Source of the DNA: Eledone cirrhosa
Lineage: Eukaryota
Direction: 5' to 3'
Assembly: GCA_964016885.1 (NCBI GenBank)
Contig: OZ024742.1
Coordinates: 164,300,001 to 164,364,000 of the forward strand
Length of the DNA stretch: 64,000 nt
The position numbers and the translations under genes are program-made. The notes below the pieces were generated by a model that saw only the letters and a program-made list of their open reading frames with translations, did no database searches and was not told the origin of the DNA. Of the stretch, positions 39,401 through 54,640 are shown in pieces (the stretch's first letter is position 1; the number at the start of each line of letters is the position of its first letter).

Positions 39401-42400
39401 CCCCTGATTTTTTTTTACAAATTATCTCCCCCTGATTTTTTTTTACGAATTATCTCCCCCCGATTTTTTTTTACAAATTATCTCCGCCTATTTTTTTTTA
39501 AAAATTATCTCCCCTTGAACGGCTGGAAATTATCTCCCCTTGGACGGCTGGAAATTATCTCCCCTTGGACGGCTAGAAATTACCTCTCCTTGGACGGCTG
39601 AAAATTATCTCCCCTTGGACGGCTGCAAATTATCTCCCCTTGATTTTTTAACAAATTATCTCCCCCTGATTTTTTTTTACAAATTATCTCCCCCTGATTT
39701 TTTTTTACAAATTATCTCCCCCTGATTTTTTTTTACAAATTATCTCCCCCTGATTTTTTTACAAATTATCTCCCCCTGATTTTTTTTACAATCTCCGCCT
39801 GATTTTTTAAAAAATTATCTTCCCTTGGCTGGCGGGAAATTATCTCCCCTTGGACGGCTGGAAATTATCTCCCCTTGGACGGCTGGAAATTATCTCCCCT
39901 TGGACAGCTGGAAATTATCTGCCCTTGATTTTGTTTTTACAAATTATCTCCCCCTGATTTTTTTTACAAATTATCTCCACCTGATTTTTTAAAAAATTAT
40001 CTCCCCTTGGACGGCTGGAAATTATCTCCCCTTGATTTTTTTACAAATTATCTCCCCCTGATTTTTTTTACAAATTATCTCCCCCTGATTTTATGTTACA
40101 AATTATCTCCCCCTGATTTTTTTTACAAATTATCTCCCCCTGATTTTTTTTACAAATTATCTCCGCCTGATTTTTTTAAATATTATCTTCCCTTGGCTGG
40201 CGGGAAATTATCTCCCCTTGGACGGCTGGAAATTATCTCCCCTTGATTTTTTTTACAAATTATCTCCCCCTGATTTTTTTTTACAAATTATCTCCCCCTG
40301 ATTTTTTTTTACAAATTATCTCCCCCTGATTTTTTTTTACAAATCTCCCCCTGATTTTTTTATAAATTATCTCCCCTTGGCTGGCTGGAAATTATCTCCC
40401 CTTGGAGGCTGGAATTTATCTCCCCTTGGACGGCTAGAAATTACCTCTCCTTGGATGGCTGGAAAATATGTCTCCTTGGACGGCTGGATATTATCTACCC
40501 TTGGACGGCTGGAAATTATCTCCCCTTGGACGGCTGGAAATTATCTCCCCTTGGACGGCTAGATATTACCTCCCATTGGACGGCTGGAAATTATCTCCCC
40601 TTGATTTTTTTTACAAATTATCTCCCCCTGATTTTTTTTTACGAATTATCTCCCCCTGATTTTTTTTTACAAATTATCTCCGCCTGATTTTTTTTTTTAA
40701 ATTATCTCCCCTTGAACGGCTGGAAATTATCTCCCCTTGGACGGCTGGAAATTATCTCCCCTTGGACGGCTAGAAATTACCTCTCCTTGGACGGCTGAAA
40801 ATTATCTCCCCTTGGACGGCTGCAAATTATCTCCCCTTGATTTTTTTAACAAATTATCTCCCCCTGATTTTTTTTTACAAATTATCTCCCCCTGATTTTT
40901 TTTTTACAAATTATCTACGCCTAATTTTTTTTACAAATTATCTCCCCCTGATTTTTTTTTACAAATTATCTCCCCCTGATTTTTTTTACAAATTATCTCC
41001 CCCTGATTTTTTTTACAAATTATCTCCCCCTGATTTTTTTACAAATTATCTCCCCCCTGATTTTTTTTACAATCTCCGCCTGATTTTTTTAAAAATTATC
41101 TTCCCTTGGCTGGCGGGAAATTATCTCCCCTTGGACGGCTGGAAATTATATCCCCTTGGAAGGATGGAAATTATCTCCCCTTGGACGGCTGGAAATTATC
41201 TCCCCTTGGACGGCTGGAAATTACCTCCCCTTGGACAGCTGGAAATTATCTGCCCTTGATTTTGTTTTTACAAATTATCTCCCCCTGATTTTTTTTACAA
41301 ATTATCTCCACCTGATTTTTTAAAAAATTATCTCCCCTTGGACGGCTGGAAATTATCTCCCCTTGATATTTTTACAAATTATCTCCCCCTGATTTTTTTT
41401 ACAAATTATCTCCCCCTGATTTTTTTTTACAAATTATCTCCCCCTGATTTTTTTTACAAATTATCTCCGCCTGATTTTTTTAAATATTATCTTCCCTTGG
41501 CTGGCGGGAAATTATCTCCCCTTGGACGGCTGAAAATTATCTCCCCTTGGACGGCTGGAAATTATCTCCCCTTGATTTTTTTTACAAATTATCTCCCCCT
41601 GATTTTTTTTTACAAATTATCTCCCCCTGATTTTTTTTTACAAATTATCTTCCCCTGATTTTTTTTTACAAATTATCTGCCCCTGATTTTTTTTACAAAT
41701 TATCTCCCCCTGATTTTTTTACAAATTATCTCCCCTTGGCTGGCTGGAAATTATCTCCCCTTGGAGGCTGGAATTTATCTCCCCTTGGACGGCTAGAAAT
41801 TACCTCTCCTTGGACGGCTGGAAAATATTTCTCCTTGGACGGCTGGATATTATCTACCCTTGGACGGGTGGAAATTATCTCCCCTTGGACGGCTGGAAAT
41901 TATCTCCCCTTGGACGGCTAGATATTACCTCCCCTTGGACGGCTGGAAATTATCTCCCCTTGATTTTTTTTACAAATTATCTCCCCCTGATTTTTTTTAC
42001 AAATTATCTCCACCTGATTTTTTTTACAAATTATCTCCCCCTGATTTTTTTTACAAATTATCTCCCCCTGATTTTTTTTTTACAAATTATCTCCCCCTGA
42101 TTTTTTTACAAATTATCTCCCCCTGATTTTTTTTACAAATTATCTCCGCCTGATTTTTTTAAATATTATCTTCCCTTGGCTGGCGGGAAATTATCTCCCC
42201 TTGGACGGCTGAAAATTATCTCCCCTTGGACGGCTGGAAATTATCTCCCCTTGATTTTTTTTACAAATTATCTCCCCCTGATTATTTTTTACAAATTATC
42301 TTTCCCTGATTTTTTTTACAAATTATCTCCCCCTGATTTTTTTTACAAATTATCTCCCCCTGATTTTTTTACAAATTATCTCCCCTTGGCTGGCTGGAAA

Positions 42401-45400
42401 TTATCTCCCCTTGGAGGCTGGAATTTATCTCCCCTTGGACGGCTGGAAATTATCTCTCCTTGGACGGCTAGTAATTACCTCTCCTTGGACGGCTGGAAAA
42501 TATGTCTCTTTGGAGGGCTGGAAATTATCTCCCCTTGGACGGCTGGAAATTATCTCCCCTTGGACGGCTGGAAATTATCTCTCCTTGGACGGCTAGAAAT
42601 TACCTCTCCTTGGACGGCTGAAAATTATCTCTCCTTGGACGGCTGGAAATTATCTCCCCTTGGACGGCTAGATATTACCTCCCCTTGGACGGCTGGAAAT
42701 TATCTCCCCTTGATTTTTTTTACAAATTATCTCCCCCTGATTTTTTTTACAAATTATCTCCACCTGATTTTTTTACAAATTATCTCCCCCTGATTTTTTT
42801 TACAAATTATCTCCGCCTAATTTTTTTAAATATTATCTTCCCTTGGCTGGCGGGAAATTATCTCCCCTTGGACGGCTGAAAATTATCTCCCCTTGGACGG
42901 CTGGAAATTATCTCCCCTTGATTTTTTTTACAAATTATATCCCCCTGATTTTTTTTACAAATTATCTCCCCCTGATTTTTTTTTACAAATTATCTCCCCC
43001 TGATTTTTTTTTACAAATTATCTCCCCCTGATGTTTTTTACAAATTATCTCCCTTTGGCTGGCTGGAAATTATCTCCCCTTGGAGGCTGGAATTTATCTC
43101 CCCTTGGACGGCTAGAAATTACCTCGCCTTGGACGGCTGGAAAATATGTCTCCTTGGACGGCTGGAAATTATCTCCCCTTGGACGGCTGGAAATTATCTC
43201 CCCTTGGACGGCTGGAAATTATCTCCCATTGGACGGCTAGATATTACCTCCCCTTGGACGGCTGGAAATTATCTCCCCTTGATTTTTTTTACAAATTATC
43301 TCCCCCTGATTTTTTTTTACAAATTATCTCCCCCTGATTTTTTTTACAAATTATCTCCCCCTGATTTTTTTACAAATTATCTCCCCCCGATTTTTTTTAC
43401 AAATTATATCCGCCTAATTTTTTTAAATATTATCTTCCCTTGGCTGGCGGGAAATTATCTCCCCTTGGACGGCTGAAAATTATCTCCCCTTGGACGGCTG
43501 GAAATTATCTCCCCTTGATTTTTTTACAAATTATCTCCCCCTGATTATTTTTTACAAATTATCTCCCCCTGATTTTTTTTTACAAATTATCTCCCTCTGA
43601 TTTTTTTTACAAATTATCTCCCCTTGGACGGTTAGAAATTACCTCTCCTTGGACTGCTGGAAAATATGTCTCCTTGGACGGCTGGAAATTATCTCCCCTT
43701 GGACGGCTGGAAATTATCTCCCCTTGGACGGCTGGAAATTATCTCTCCTCGGACGACTAGAAATTACCTCTCCTTGGACAGCTGAAAATTATCTCCCCTT
43801 GGACGGCTGGAAATTATCTCCCCTTGATTTTTTTTACAAATTATCTCCCCCTGATTTTTTTTTACAAATTATCTCCCCCTGATTTTTTTTTACAAATTAT
43901 CTCCCCATGATTTTTTTTACAAATTATCTCCCCCTGATATTTTTTACAAATTATCTCCCCCTGATTTTTTTACAAATTATCTCCCCTTGGCTGGCTGGAA
44001 ATTATCTCCCCTTGGAGGCTGGAATTTATCTCCCCTTGGACGGCTAGAAATTACCTCGCCTTGGACGGCTGGAAAATATGTCTCCTTGGACGGCTGGAAA
44101 TTATCTCCCCTTGGACGGCTGGAAATTATCTCCCCTTGGACGGCTGGAAATTATCTCCCCTTGGACGGCTAGATATTACCTCCCCTTGGACGGCTGGAAA
44201 TTATCTCCCCTTGATTTTTTTTACAATTTATCTCCCCCTGATTTTTTTTTACAAATTATCTACCCTTGAACGGCTGGAAATTATCTCCCCTTGGACGGCT
44301 GGAAATTATCTCCCCTTGGACGGCTAGAAATTACCTCTCCTTGGACGGCTGAAAATCATCTCCCCTTGGACGGCTGCAAATTATCTCCCCTTGATTTTTT
44401 AACAAATTATCTCCCCCTGATTTTTTTTACAAATTATCTCCCCCTGATTTTTTTTTACAAATTATCTACGCCTAATTTTTTTTACAAATTATCTCCCCCT
44501 GATTTTTTTTACAAATTATCTCCCCCTGATTTTTTTTACAAATTATCTCCCCCTGATTTTTTTTTACAAATTATTTCCCCCTGATTTTTTTACAAATTAT
44601 CTCCCCCCTGATTTTTTTAAAAATTATCTTCCCTTGGCTGGCGGGAAATTATCTCCCCTTGGACGGCTGGAAATTATATCCCCTTGGAGGCTGGAATTTA
44701 TCTCCCCTTGGACGGCTAGAAATTACCTCGCCTTGGACGGCTGGAAAATATGTCTCCTTGGACGGCTGGAAATTATCTCCCCTTGGACGGCTGGAAATTA
44801 TCTCCCCTTGGACGGCTGGAAATTATCTCCCCTTGGACGGCTAGATATTACCTCCCCTTGGACGGCTGGAAATTATCTCCCCTTGATTTCTTTTACAAAT
44901 TATCTCCCCCTGATTTTTTTTTACAAATTATCTCCCCCTGATTTTTTTTTACGAATTATCTCCCCCTGATTTTTTTTTACAAATTATCTCCCCTTGAACG
45001 GCTGGAAATTATCTCCCCTTGGACGGCTGGAAATTATCTCCCCTTGAAAGGCTAGAAATTACCTCTCCTTGGACGGCTGAAAATTATCTCCCCTTGGACG
45101 GCTGCAAATTATCTCCCCTTGATTTTTTAACAAATTACCTCGCCTTGGACGGCTGGAAAATATGTATCCTTGGACGGCTGGAAATTATCTCCCCTTGGAC
45201 GGCTGGAAATTATCTCCCCTTGGACGGCTGGAAATTATCTCCCATTGGACGGCTAGATATTACCTCCCCTTGGACGGCTGCAAATTATCTCCCCTTGATT
45301 TTTTTAACAAATTATCTCCCCCTGATTTTTTTTTACAAATTATCTCCCCCTGATTTTTTTTTACAAATTATCTACGCCTAATTTTTTTTACAAATTATCT

Positions 45401-46050
45401 CCCCCTGATTTTTTTTTACAAATTATCTCCCCCTGATTTTTTTTACAAATTATCTCCCCCTGATTTTTTTTTACAAATTATCTCCCCCTGATTTTTTTAC
45501 AAATTATCTCCCCCCTGATTTTTTTTACAATCTCCGCCTGATTTTTTTAAAAATTATCTTCCCTTGGCTGGCGGGAAATTATCTCCCCTTGGACGGCTGG
45601 AAATTATATCCCCTTGGAAGGATGGAAATTATCTCCCCTTGGACGGCTGGAAATTATCTCCCCTTGGACGGCTGGAAATTATCTCCCCTTGGACAGCTGG
45701 AAATTATCTGCCCTTGATTTTGTTTTTACAAATTATCTCCCCCTGATTTTTTTTACAAATTATCTCCACCTGATTTTTTAAAAAATTATCTCCCCTTGGA
45801 CGGCTGGAAATTATCTCCCCTTGATTTTTTTACAAATTATCTCCCCCTGATTTTTTTTACAAATTATCTCCCCCTGATTTTTTTTTTACAAATTATCTCC
45901 CCCTGATTTTTTTTACAAATTATCTCCGCCTGATTTTTTTAAATATTATCTTCCCTTGGCTGGCGGGAAATTATCTCCCCTTGGACGGCTGAAAATTATC
46001 TCCCCTTGGACGGCTGGAAATTATCTCCCCTTGATTTTTTTTACAAATTA
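33480..46050 (+). repeat. ~12.5-kb long-range duplicate of about 15850-28400 (offset 17,632): 7.9-kb copy III plus a third 4,458-bp unit
   Basis: 16150/33782, 18039/35671, 23706/41338 and 27932/45564 differ by 17,632 (17,633 in between). 28562/41736 differs by 13,174. In addition 7574/33021 and 8335/33782 differ by 25,447. Confidence 0.93.
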
Positions 46051-46589
46051 TCTCCCCCTGATTTTTTTTACAAATTATCTCCCCCTGATTTTTTTTTACA
46101 AATTATCTCCCCCTGATTTTTTTTTACAAATTATCTGCCCCTGATTTTTTTTACAAATTATCTCCCCCTGATTTTTTTACAAATTATCTCCCCTTGGCTG
46201 GCTGGAAATTATCTCCCCTTGGAGGCTGGAATTTATCTCCCCTTGGACGGCTAGAAATTACCTCTCCTTGGAAGGCTGGAAAATATTTCTCCTTGGACGG
46301 CTGGATATTATCTACCCTTGGACGGGTGGAAATTATCTCCCCTTGGACGGCTGGAAATTATCTCCCCTTGGACAGCTAGATATTACCTCCCCTTGGACGG
46401 CTGGAAATTATCTCCCCTTGATTTTTTTTACAAATTATCTCCCCCTGATTTTTTTTACAAATTATCTCCACCTGATTTTTTTACAAATTATCTCCCCCTG
46501 ATTTTTTTTACAAATTATCTCCCCCTGATTTTTTTACAAATTATCTCCCCTTGGCTGGCTGGAAATTATCTCCCCTTGGAGGCTGGAAT

Positions 46590-49500
46590 TTATCTCCCCT
46601 TGGACGGCTGGAAATTATCTCCCCTTGATTTTTTTTACAAATTATCTACCCCTGATTTTTTTTACAAATTATCTCCCCCTGATTTTTTTTACAAATTATC
46701 TCCCCCTGATTTTTTTACAAATTATCTCCCCCTGATTTTTTTACAAATTATCTCCCCCTGATTTTTTTTTACAAATTATCTACGCCTAATTTTTTTTACA
46801 AATTATCTCCCCCTGATTTTTTTTTACAAATTATCTCCCCCTGATTTTTTTTTACAAATTATCTCCCCCTGATTTTTTTTTACAAATTATCTCCCCCTGA
46901 TTTTTTTACAAATTATCTCCCCCCTGATTTTTATTACAATCTCCGCCTGATTTTTTAAAAAATTATCTTCCCTTGGCTGGCGGGAAATTATCTTCCCTTG
47001 GACGGCTGGAAATTATATCCCCTTGGAAGGATGGAAATTATCTCCCCTTGGACGGCTGGAAATTATCTCCCCTTGGACGGCTGGAAATTATCTCCCCTTG
47101 GACAGCTGGAAATTATCTGCCCTTGATTTTGTTTTTACAAATTATCTCCCCCTGATTTTTTTTACAAATTATCTCCACCTGATTTTTTAAAAAATTATCT
47201 CCCCTTGGACGGCTGGAAATTATCTCCCCTTGGCTGGAAATTATCTCCCCTTGGACGGCTAGAAATTATCTCTCTTTGGACGGCTGGAAATTATCTGCCT
47301 TTGATTTTTTTTACAAATTATCTCCCCCTGATTTTTTTTTACAAATTATCTCACCCTGATTTTTTTTACAAATTATCTCCCTCTGATTTTTTTACAAATT
47401 ATCTCCCCTTGGCTGGCTGGAAATTATCTCCCCTTGGAGGCTGGAATTTATCTCCCCTTGGACGGCTAGAAATTACCTCTCCTTGGACGGCTGGAAAATA
47501 TGTCTCCTTGGACGGCTGGATATTATCTACCCTTGGACGGCTGGAAATTATCTCCCCTTGGACGGCTGGAAATTATCTCCCCTTGGACGGCTAGATATTA
47601 CCTCCCCTTGGACGGCTGGAAATTATCTCCCCTTGATTTTTTTACAAATTATCTCCCCCTGATTTTTTTACAAATTATCTCCCCCTGATTTTTTTTACAA
47701 ATTATCTCCGCCTAATTTTTTTAAATATTATCTTCCCTTGGCTGGCGGGAAATTATCTCCCCTTGGACGGCTGAAAATTATCTCCCCTTGGACGGCTGGA
47801 AATTATCTCCCCTTGATTTTTTTTACAAATTATCTCCCCCTGATTTTTTTTTACAAATTATCTCCCCCTGATTTTTTTTACAAATTATCTCCCCCTGATT
47901 TTTTTACAAATTATCTCCCCTTGGCTGGCTGGAAATTATCTCCCCTTGGAGGCTGGAATTTATCTCCCCTTGGACGGCTAGAAATTACCTCTCCTTGGAC
48001 GGCTGGAAAATATGTCCTTGGACGGCTGGATATTATCTACCCTTGGACGGCTGGAAATTATCTCCCCTTGGACGGCTGGAAATTATCTCCCCTTGGACGG
48101 CTAGATATTACCTCCCCTTGGACGGCTGGAAATTATCTCCCCTTGATTTTTTTTACAAATTATCTCCCCCTGATTTTTTTTTACAAATTATCTCCCCCTG
48201 ATTTTTTTTTACAAATTATCTACCCCTGATTTTTTTTTACAAATTATCTCCCCCTGATTTTTTTTACAAATTATCTCCCCCTGATTTTTTTTTACAAATT
48301 ATCTCCCCCTGATTTTTTTTTACAAATTATCTACCCCTGATTTTTTTTACAAATTATCTCCCCCTGATTTTTTTTACAAATTATCTCCCCCTGATTTTGT
48401 TTACAAATTATCTCCCCCTGATTTTTTTACAAATTATCTCCCCCTGATTTTTTTTACAAATTATCTCCGCCTAATTTTTTTAAATATTATCTTCCCTTGG
48501 CTGGCGGGAAATTATCTCCCCTTGGACGGCTGAAAATTATCTCTCCTTGGACGGCTGGAAATTATCTCCCCTTGATTTTTTTTACAAATTATCTCCCCCT
48601 GATTATTTTTTACAAATTATCTCCCCCTGATTTTTTTTTACAAATTATCTCCCCCTGATTTTTTTTACAAATTATCTCCCCCTGATTTTTTTACAAATTA
48701 TCTCCCCTTGGCTGGCTGGAAATTATCTCCCCTTGGAGGCTGGAATTTATCTCCCCTTGGACGGTTAGAAATTACCTCTCCTTGGACGGCTGGAAAATAT
48801 GTCTCCTTGGACGGCTGGAAATTATCGCCCCTTGGACGGCTGGAAATTATCTCCCCTTGGACGGCTGGAAATTATCTCTCCTCGGACGGCTAGAAATTAC
48901 CTCTCCTTGGACAGCTGAAAATTATCTCCCCTTGGACGGCTGGAAATTATCTCCCCTTGATTTTTTTTACAAATTATCTCCCCCTGATTTTTTTTTACAA
49001 ATTATCTCCCCCTGATTTTTTTTTACAAATTATCTCCCCCTGATTTTTTTTTACAAATTATCTCCCCCTGATATTTTTTACAAATTATCTCCCCCTGATT
49101 TTTTTACAAATTATCTCCCCTTGGCTGGCTGGAAATTATCTCCCCTTGGAGGCTGGAATTTATCTCCCCTTAGACGGCTAGAAATTACCTCGCCTTGGAC
49201 GGCTGGAAAATATGTCTCCTTGGACGGCTGGAAATTATCTCCCCTTGGACGGCTGGAAATTATCTCCCCTTGGACGGCTGGAAATTATCTCCCCTTGGAC
49301 GGCTAGATATTACCTCCCCTTGGACGGCTGGAAATTATCTCCCCTTGATTTTTTTTACAAATTATCTCCCCCTGATTTTTTTTTACAAATTATCTCCCCC
49401 TGATTTTTTTTTACGAATTATCTCCCCCCGATTTTTTTTTACAAATTATCTCCGCCTGATTTTTTTAAAAAAATTATCTCCCCTTGAACGGCTGGAAATT

Positions 49501-52500
49501 ATCTCCCCTTGGACGGCTGGAAATTATCTCCCCTTGGACGGCTAGAAATTACCTCTCCTTGGACGGCTGAAAATTATCTCCCCTTGGACCGCTGCAAATT
49601 ATCTCCCATTGATTTTTTAACAAATTATCTCCCCCTGATTTTTTTTTACAAATTATCTCCCCCTGATTTTTTTTTACAAATTATCTCCCCCTGATTTTTT
49701 TACAAATTATCTCCCCCTGATTTTTTTTACAATCTCCGCCTGATTTTTTTAAAAATTATCTTCCCTTGGCTGGCGGGAAATTATCTCCCCTTGGACGGCT
49801 GGAAATTATATCCCCTTGGAAGGATGGAAATTATCTCCCCTTGGACGGCTGGAAATTATCTCCCCTTGGACGGCTGGAAATTATCTCCCCTTGGACAGCT
49901 GGAAATTATCTGCCCTTGATTTTGTTTTTACAAATTATCTCCCCCTGATTTTTTTTACAAATTATCTCCACCTGATTTTTTAAAAAATTATCTCCCCTTG
50001 GACGGCTGGAAATTATCTCCCCTTGATTTTTTTACAAATTATCTCCCCCTGATTTTTTTTACAAATTATCTCCCCCTGATTTTTTGTTACAAATTATCTC
50101 CCCCTGATTTTTTTAAAAATTATCTCCCCCTGATTTTTTTTACAAATTATCTCCGCCTGATTTTTTTAAATATTATCTTCCCTTGGCTGGCGGGAAATTA
50201 TCTCCCCTTGGACGGCTGAAAATTATCTCCCCTTGGACGGCTGGAAATTATCTCCCCTTGATTTTTTTACAAATTATCTCCCCCTGATTTTTTTTTACAA
50301 ATTATCTCCCCCTGATTTTTTTTACAAATTATCTCCCCCTGATTTTTTTTTACAAATTATCTCCCCCTGATTATTTTTTACAAATTATCTCCCCCTGATT
50401 TTTTTTTACAAATTATCTCCCTCTGATTTTTTTTACAAATTATCTCCCCTTGGCTGGCTGGAAATTATCTCCCCTTGGAGGCTGGAATTTATCTCCCCTT
50501 GGACGGTTAGAAATTACCTCTCCTTGGACTGCTGGAAAATATGTCTCCTTGGACGGCTGGAAATTATCTCCCCTTGGACGGCTGGAAATTATCTCCCCTT
50601 GGACGGCTGGAAATTATCTCTCCTCGGACGACTAGAAATTACCTCTCCTTGGACAGCTGAAAATTATCTCCCCTTGGACGGCTGGAAATTATCTCCCCTT
50701 GATTTTTTTTACAAATTATCTACCCCTGATTTTTTTTACAAATTATCTCCCCCTGATTTTTTTTACAAATTATCTCCCCCTGATTTTTTTACAAATTATC
50801 TCCCCCTGATTTTTTTACAAATTATCTCCCCCTGATTTTTTTTTACAAATTATCTACGCCTAATTTTTTTTACAAATTATCTCCCCCTGATTTTTTTTTA
50901 CAAATTATCTCCCCCTGATTTTTTTTTACAAATTATCTCCCCCTGATTTTTTTTTACAAATTATCTCCCCCTGATTTTTTTACAAATTATCTCCCCCCTG
51001 ATTTTTATTACAATCTCCGCCTGATTTTTTAAAAAATTATCTTCCCTTGGCTGGCGGGAAATTATCTTCCCTTGGACGGCTGGAAATTATATCCCCTTGG
51101 AAGGATGGAAATTATCTCCCCTTGGACGGCTGGAAATTATCTCCCCTTGGACGGCTGGAAATTATCTCCCCTTGGACAGCTGGAAATTATCTGCCCTTGA
51201 TTTTGTTTTTACAAATTATCTCCCCCTGATTTTTTTTACAAATTATCTCCACCTGATTTTTTAAAAAATTATCTCCCCTTGGACGGCTGGAAATTATCTC
51301 CCCTTGGCTGGAAATTATCTCCCCTTGGACGGCTAGAAATTATCTCTCTTTGGACGGCTGGAAATTATCTGCCTTTGATTTTTTTTACAAATTATCTCCC
51401 CCTGATTTTTTTTTACAAATTATCTCACCCTGATTTTTTTTACAAATTATCTCCCTCTGATTTTTTTACAAATTATCTCCCCTTGGCTGGCTGGAAATTA
51501 TCTCCCCTTGGAGGCTGGAATTTATCTCCCCTTGGACGGCTAGAAATTACCTCTCCTTGGACGGCTGGAAAATATGTCTCCTTGGACGGCTGGATATTAT
51601 CTACCCTTGGACGGCTGGAAATTATCTCCCCTTGGACGGCTGGAAATTATCTCCCCTTGGACGGCTAGATATTACCTCCCCTTGGACGGCTGGAAATTAT
51701 CTCCCCTTGATTTTTTTACAAATTATCTCCCCCTGATTTTTTTACAAATTATCTCCCCCTGATTTTTTTTACAAATTATCTCCGCCTAATTTTTTTAAAT
51801 ATTATCTTCCCTTGGCTGGCGGGAAATTATCTCCCCTTGGACGGCTGAAAATTATCTCCCCTTGGCTGGCTGGAAATTATCTCCCCTTGGAGGCTGGAAT
51901 TTATCTCCCCTTGGACGGTTAGAAATTACCTCTCCTTGGACGGCTGGAAAATATGTCCTTGGACGGCTGGATATTATCTACCCTTGGACGGCTGGAAATT
52001 ATCTCCCCTTGGACGGCTGGAAATTATCTCCCCTTGGACGGCTAGATATTACCTCCCCTTGGACGGCTGGAAATTATCTCCCCTTGATTTTTTTTACAAA
52101 TTATCTCCCCCTGATTTTTTTTTACAAATTATCTCCCCCTGATTTTTTTTTACAAATTATCTACCCCTGATTTTTTTTTACAAATTATCTCCCCCTGATT
52201 TTTTTTACAAATTATCTCCCCCTGATTTTTTTTTACAAATTATCTCCCCCTGATTTTTTTTTACAAATTATCTACCCCTGATTTTTTTTACAAATTATCT
52301 CCCCCTGATTTTTTTTACAAATTATCTCCCCCTGATTTTGTTTACAAATTATCTCCCCCTGATTTTTTTACAAATTATCTCCCCCTGATTTTTTTTACAA
52401 ATTATCTCCGCCTAATTTTTTTAAATATTATCTTCCCTTGGCTGGCGGGAAATTATCTCCCCTTGGACGGCTGAAAATTATCTCTCCTTGGACGGCTGGA

Positions 52501-54640
52501 AATTATCTCCCCTTGATTTTTTTTACAAATTATCTCCCCCTGATTATTTTTTACAAATTATCTCCCCCTGATTTTTTTTTACAAATTATCTCCCCCTGAT
52601 TTTTTTTACAAATTATCTCCCCCTGATTTTTTTACAAATTATCTCCCCTTGGCTGGCTGGAAATTATCTCCCCTTGGAGGCTGGAATTTATCTCCCCTTG
52701 GACGGTTAGAAATTACCTCTCCTTGGACGGCTGGAAAATATGTCTCCTTGGACGGCTGGAAATTATCGCCCCTTGGACGGCTGGAAATTATCTCCCCTTG
52801 GACGGCTGGAAATTATCTCTCCTCGGACGGCTAGAAATTACCTCTCCTTGGACAGCTGAAAATTATCTCCCCTTGGACGGCTGGAAATTATCTCCCCTTG
52901 ATTTTTTTTACAAATTATCTCCCCCTGATTTTTTTTTACAAATTATCTCCCCCTGATTTTTTTTTACAAATTATCTCCCCCTGATTTTTTTTTACAAATT
53001 ATCTCCCCCTGATATTTTTTACAAATTATCTCCCCCTGATTTTTTTACAAATTATCTCCCCTTGGCTGGCTGGAAATTATCTCCCCTTGGAGGCTGGAAT
53101 TTATCTCCCCTTAGACGGCTAGAAATTACCTCGCCTTGGACGGCTGGAAAATATGTCTCCTTGGACGGCTGGAAATTATCTCCCCTTGGACGGCTGGAAA
53201 TTATCTCCCCTTGGACGGCTGGAAATTATCTCCCCTTGGACGGCTAGATATTACCTCCCCTTGGACGGCTGGAAATTATCTCCCCTTGATTTTTTTTACA
53301 AATTATCTCCCCCTGATTTTTTTTTACAAATTATCTCCCCCTGATTTTTTTTTACGAATTATCTCCCCCCGATTTTTTTTTACAAATTATCTCCGCCTGA
53401 TTTTTTTAAAAAAATTATCTCCCCTTGAACGGCTGGAAATTATCTCCCCTTGGACGGCTGGAAATTATCTCCCCTTGGACGGCTAGAAATTACCTCTCCT
53501 TGGACGGCTGAAAATTATCTCCCCTTGGACCGCTGCAAATTATCTCCCCTTGATTTTTTAACAAATTATCTCCCCCTGATTTTTTTTTACAAATTATCTC
53601 CCCCTGATTTTTTTTTACAAATTATCTCCCCCTGATTTTTTTACAAATTATCTCCCCCTGATTTTTTTTACAATCTCCGCCTGATTTTTTTAAAAATTAT
53701 CTTCCCTTGGCTGGCGGGAAATTATCTCCCCTTGGACGGCTGGAAATTATATCCCCTTGGAAGGATGGAAATTATCTCCCCTTGGACGGCTGGAAATTAT
53801 CTCCCCTTGGACGGCTGGAAATTATCTCCCCTTGGACAGCTGGAAATTATCTGCCCTTGATTTTGTTTTTACAAATTATCTCCCCCTGATTTTTTTTACA
53901 AATTATCTCCACCTGATTTTTTAAAAAATTATCTCCCCTTGGACGGCTGGAAATTATCTCCCCTTGATTTTTTTACAAATTATCTCCCCCTGATTTTTTT
54001 TACAAATTATCTCCCCCTGATTTTTTGTTACAAATTATCTCCCCCTGATTTTTTTAAAAATTATCTCCCCCTCATTTTTTTTACAAATTATCTCCGCCTG
54101 ATTTTTTTAAATATTATCTTCCCTTGGCTGGCGGGAAATTATCTCCCCTTGGACGGCTGAAAATTATCTCCCCTTGGACGGCTGGAAATTATCTCCCCTT
54201 GATTTTTTTACAAATTATCTCCCCCTGATTTTTTTTTACAAATTATCTCCCCCTGATTTTTTTTACAAATTATCTCCCCCTGATTTTTTTTTACAAATTA
54301 TCTCCCCCTGATTATTTTTTACAAATTATCTCCCCCTGATTTTTTTTTACAAATTATCTCCCTCTGATTTTTTTTACAAATTATCTCCCCTTGGCTGGCT
54401 GGAAATTATCTCCCCTTGGAGGCTGGAATTTATCTCCCCTTGGACGGTTAGAAATTACCTCTCCTTGGACTGCTGGAAAATATGTCTCCTTGGACGGCTG
54501 GAAATTATCTCCCCTTGGACGGCTGGAAATTATCTCCCCTTGGACGGCTGGAAATTATCTCTCCTCGGACGACTAGAAATTACCTCTCCTTGGACAGCTG
54601 AAAATTATCTCCCCTTGGACGGCTGGAAATTATCTCCCCT
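46590..54640 (+). repeat. Tandem duplication of a 4,074/3,941-bp higher-order unit
   Basis: 46973/51047 and 47205/51279 differ by 4,074. After a 133-bp deletion near 51850, 47995/51936, 49766/53707 and 50450/54391 differ by 3,941. Confidence 0.93.
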
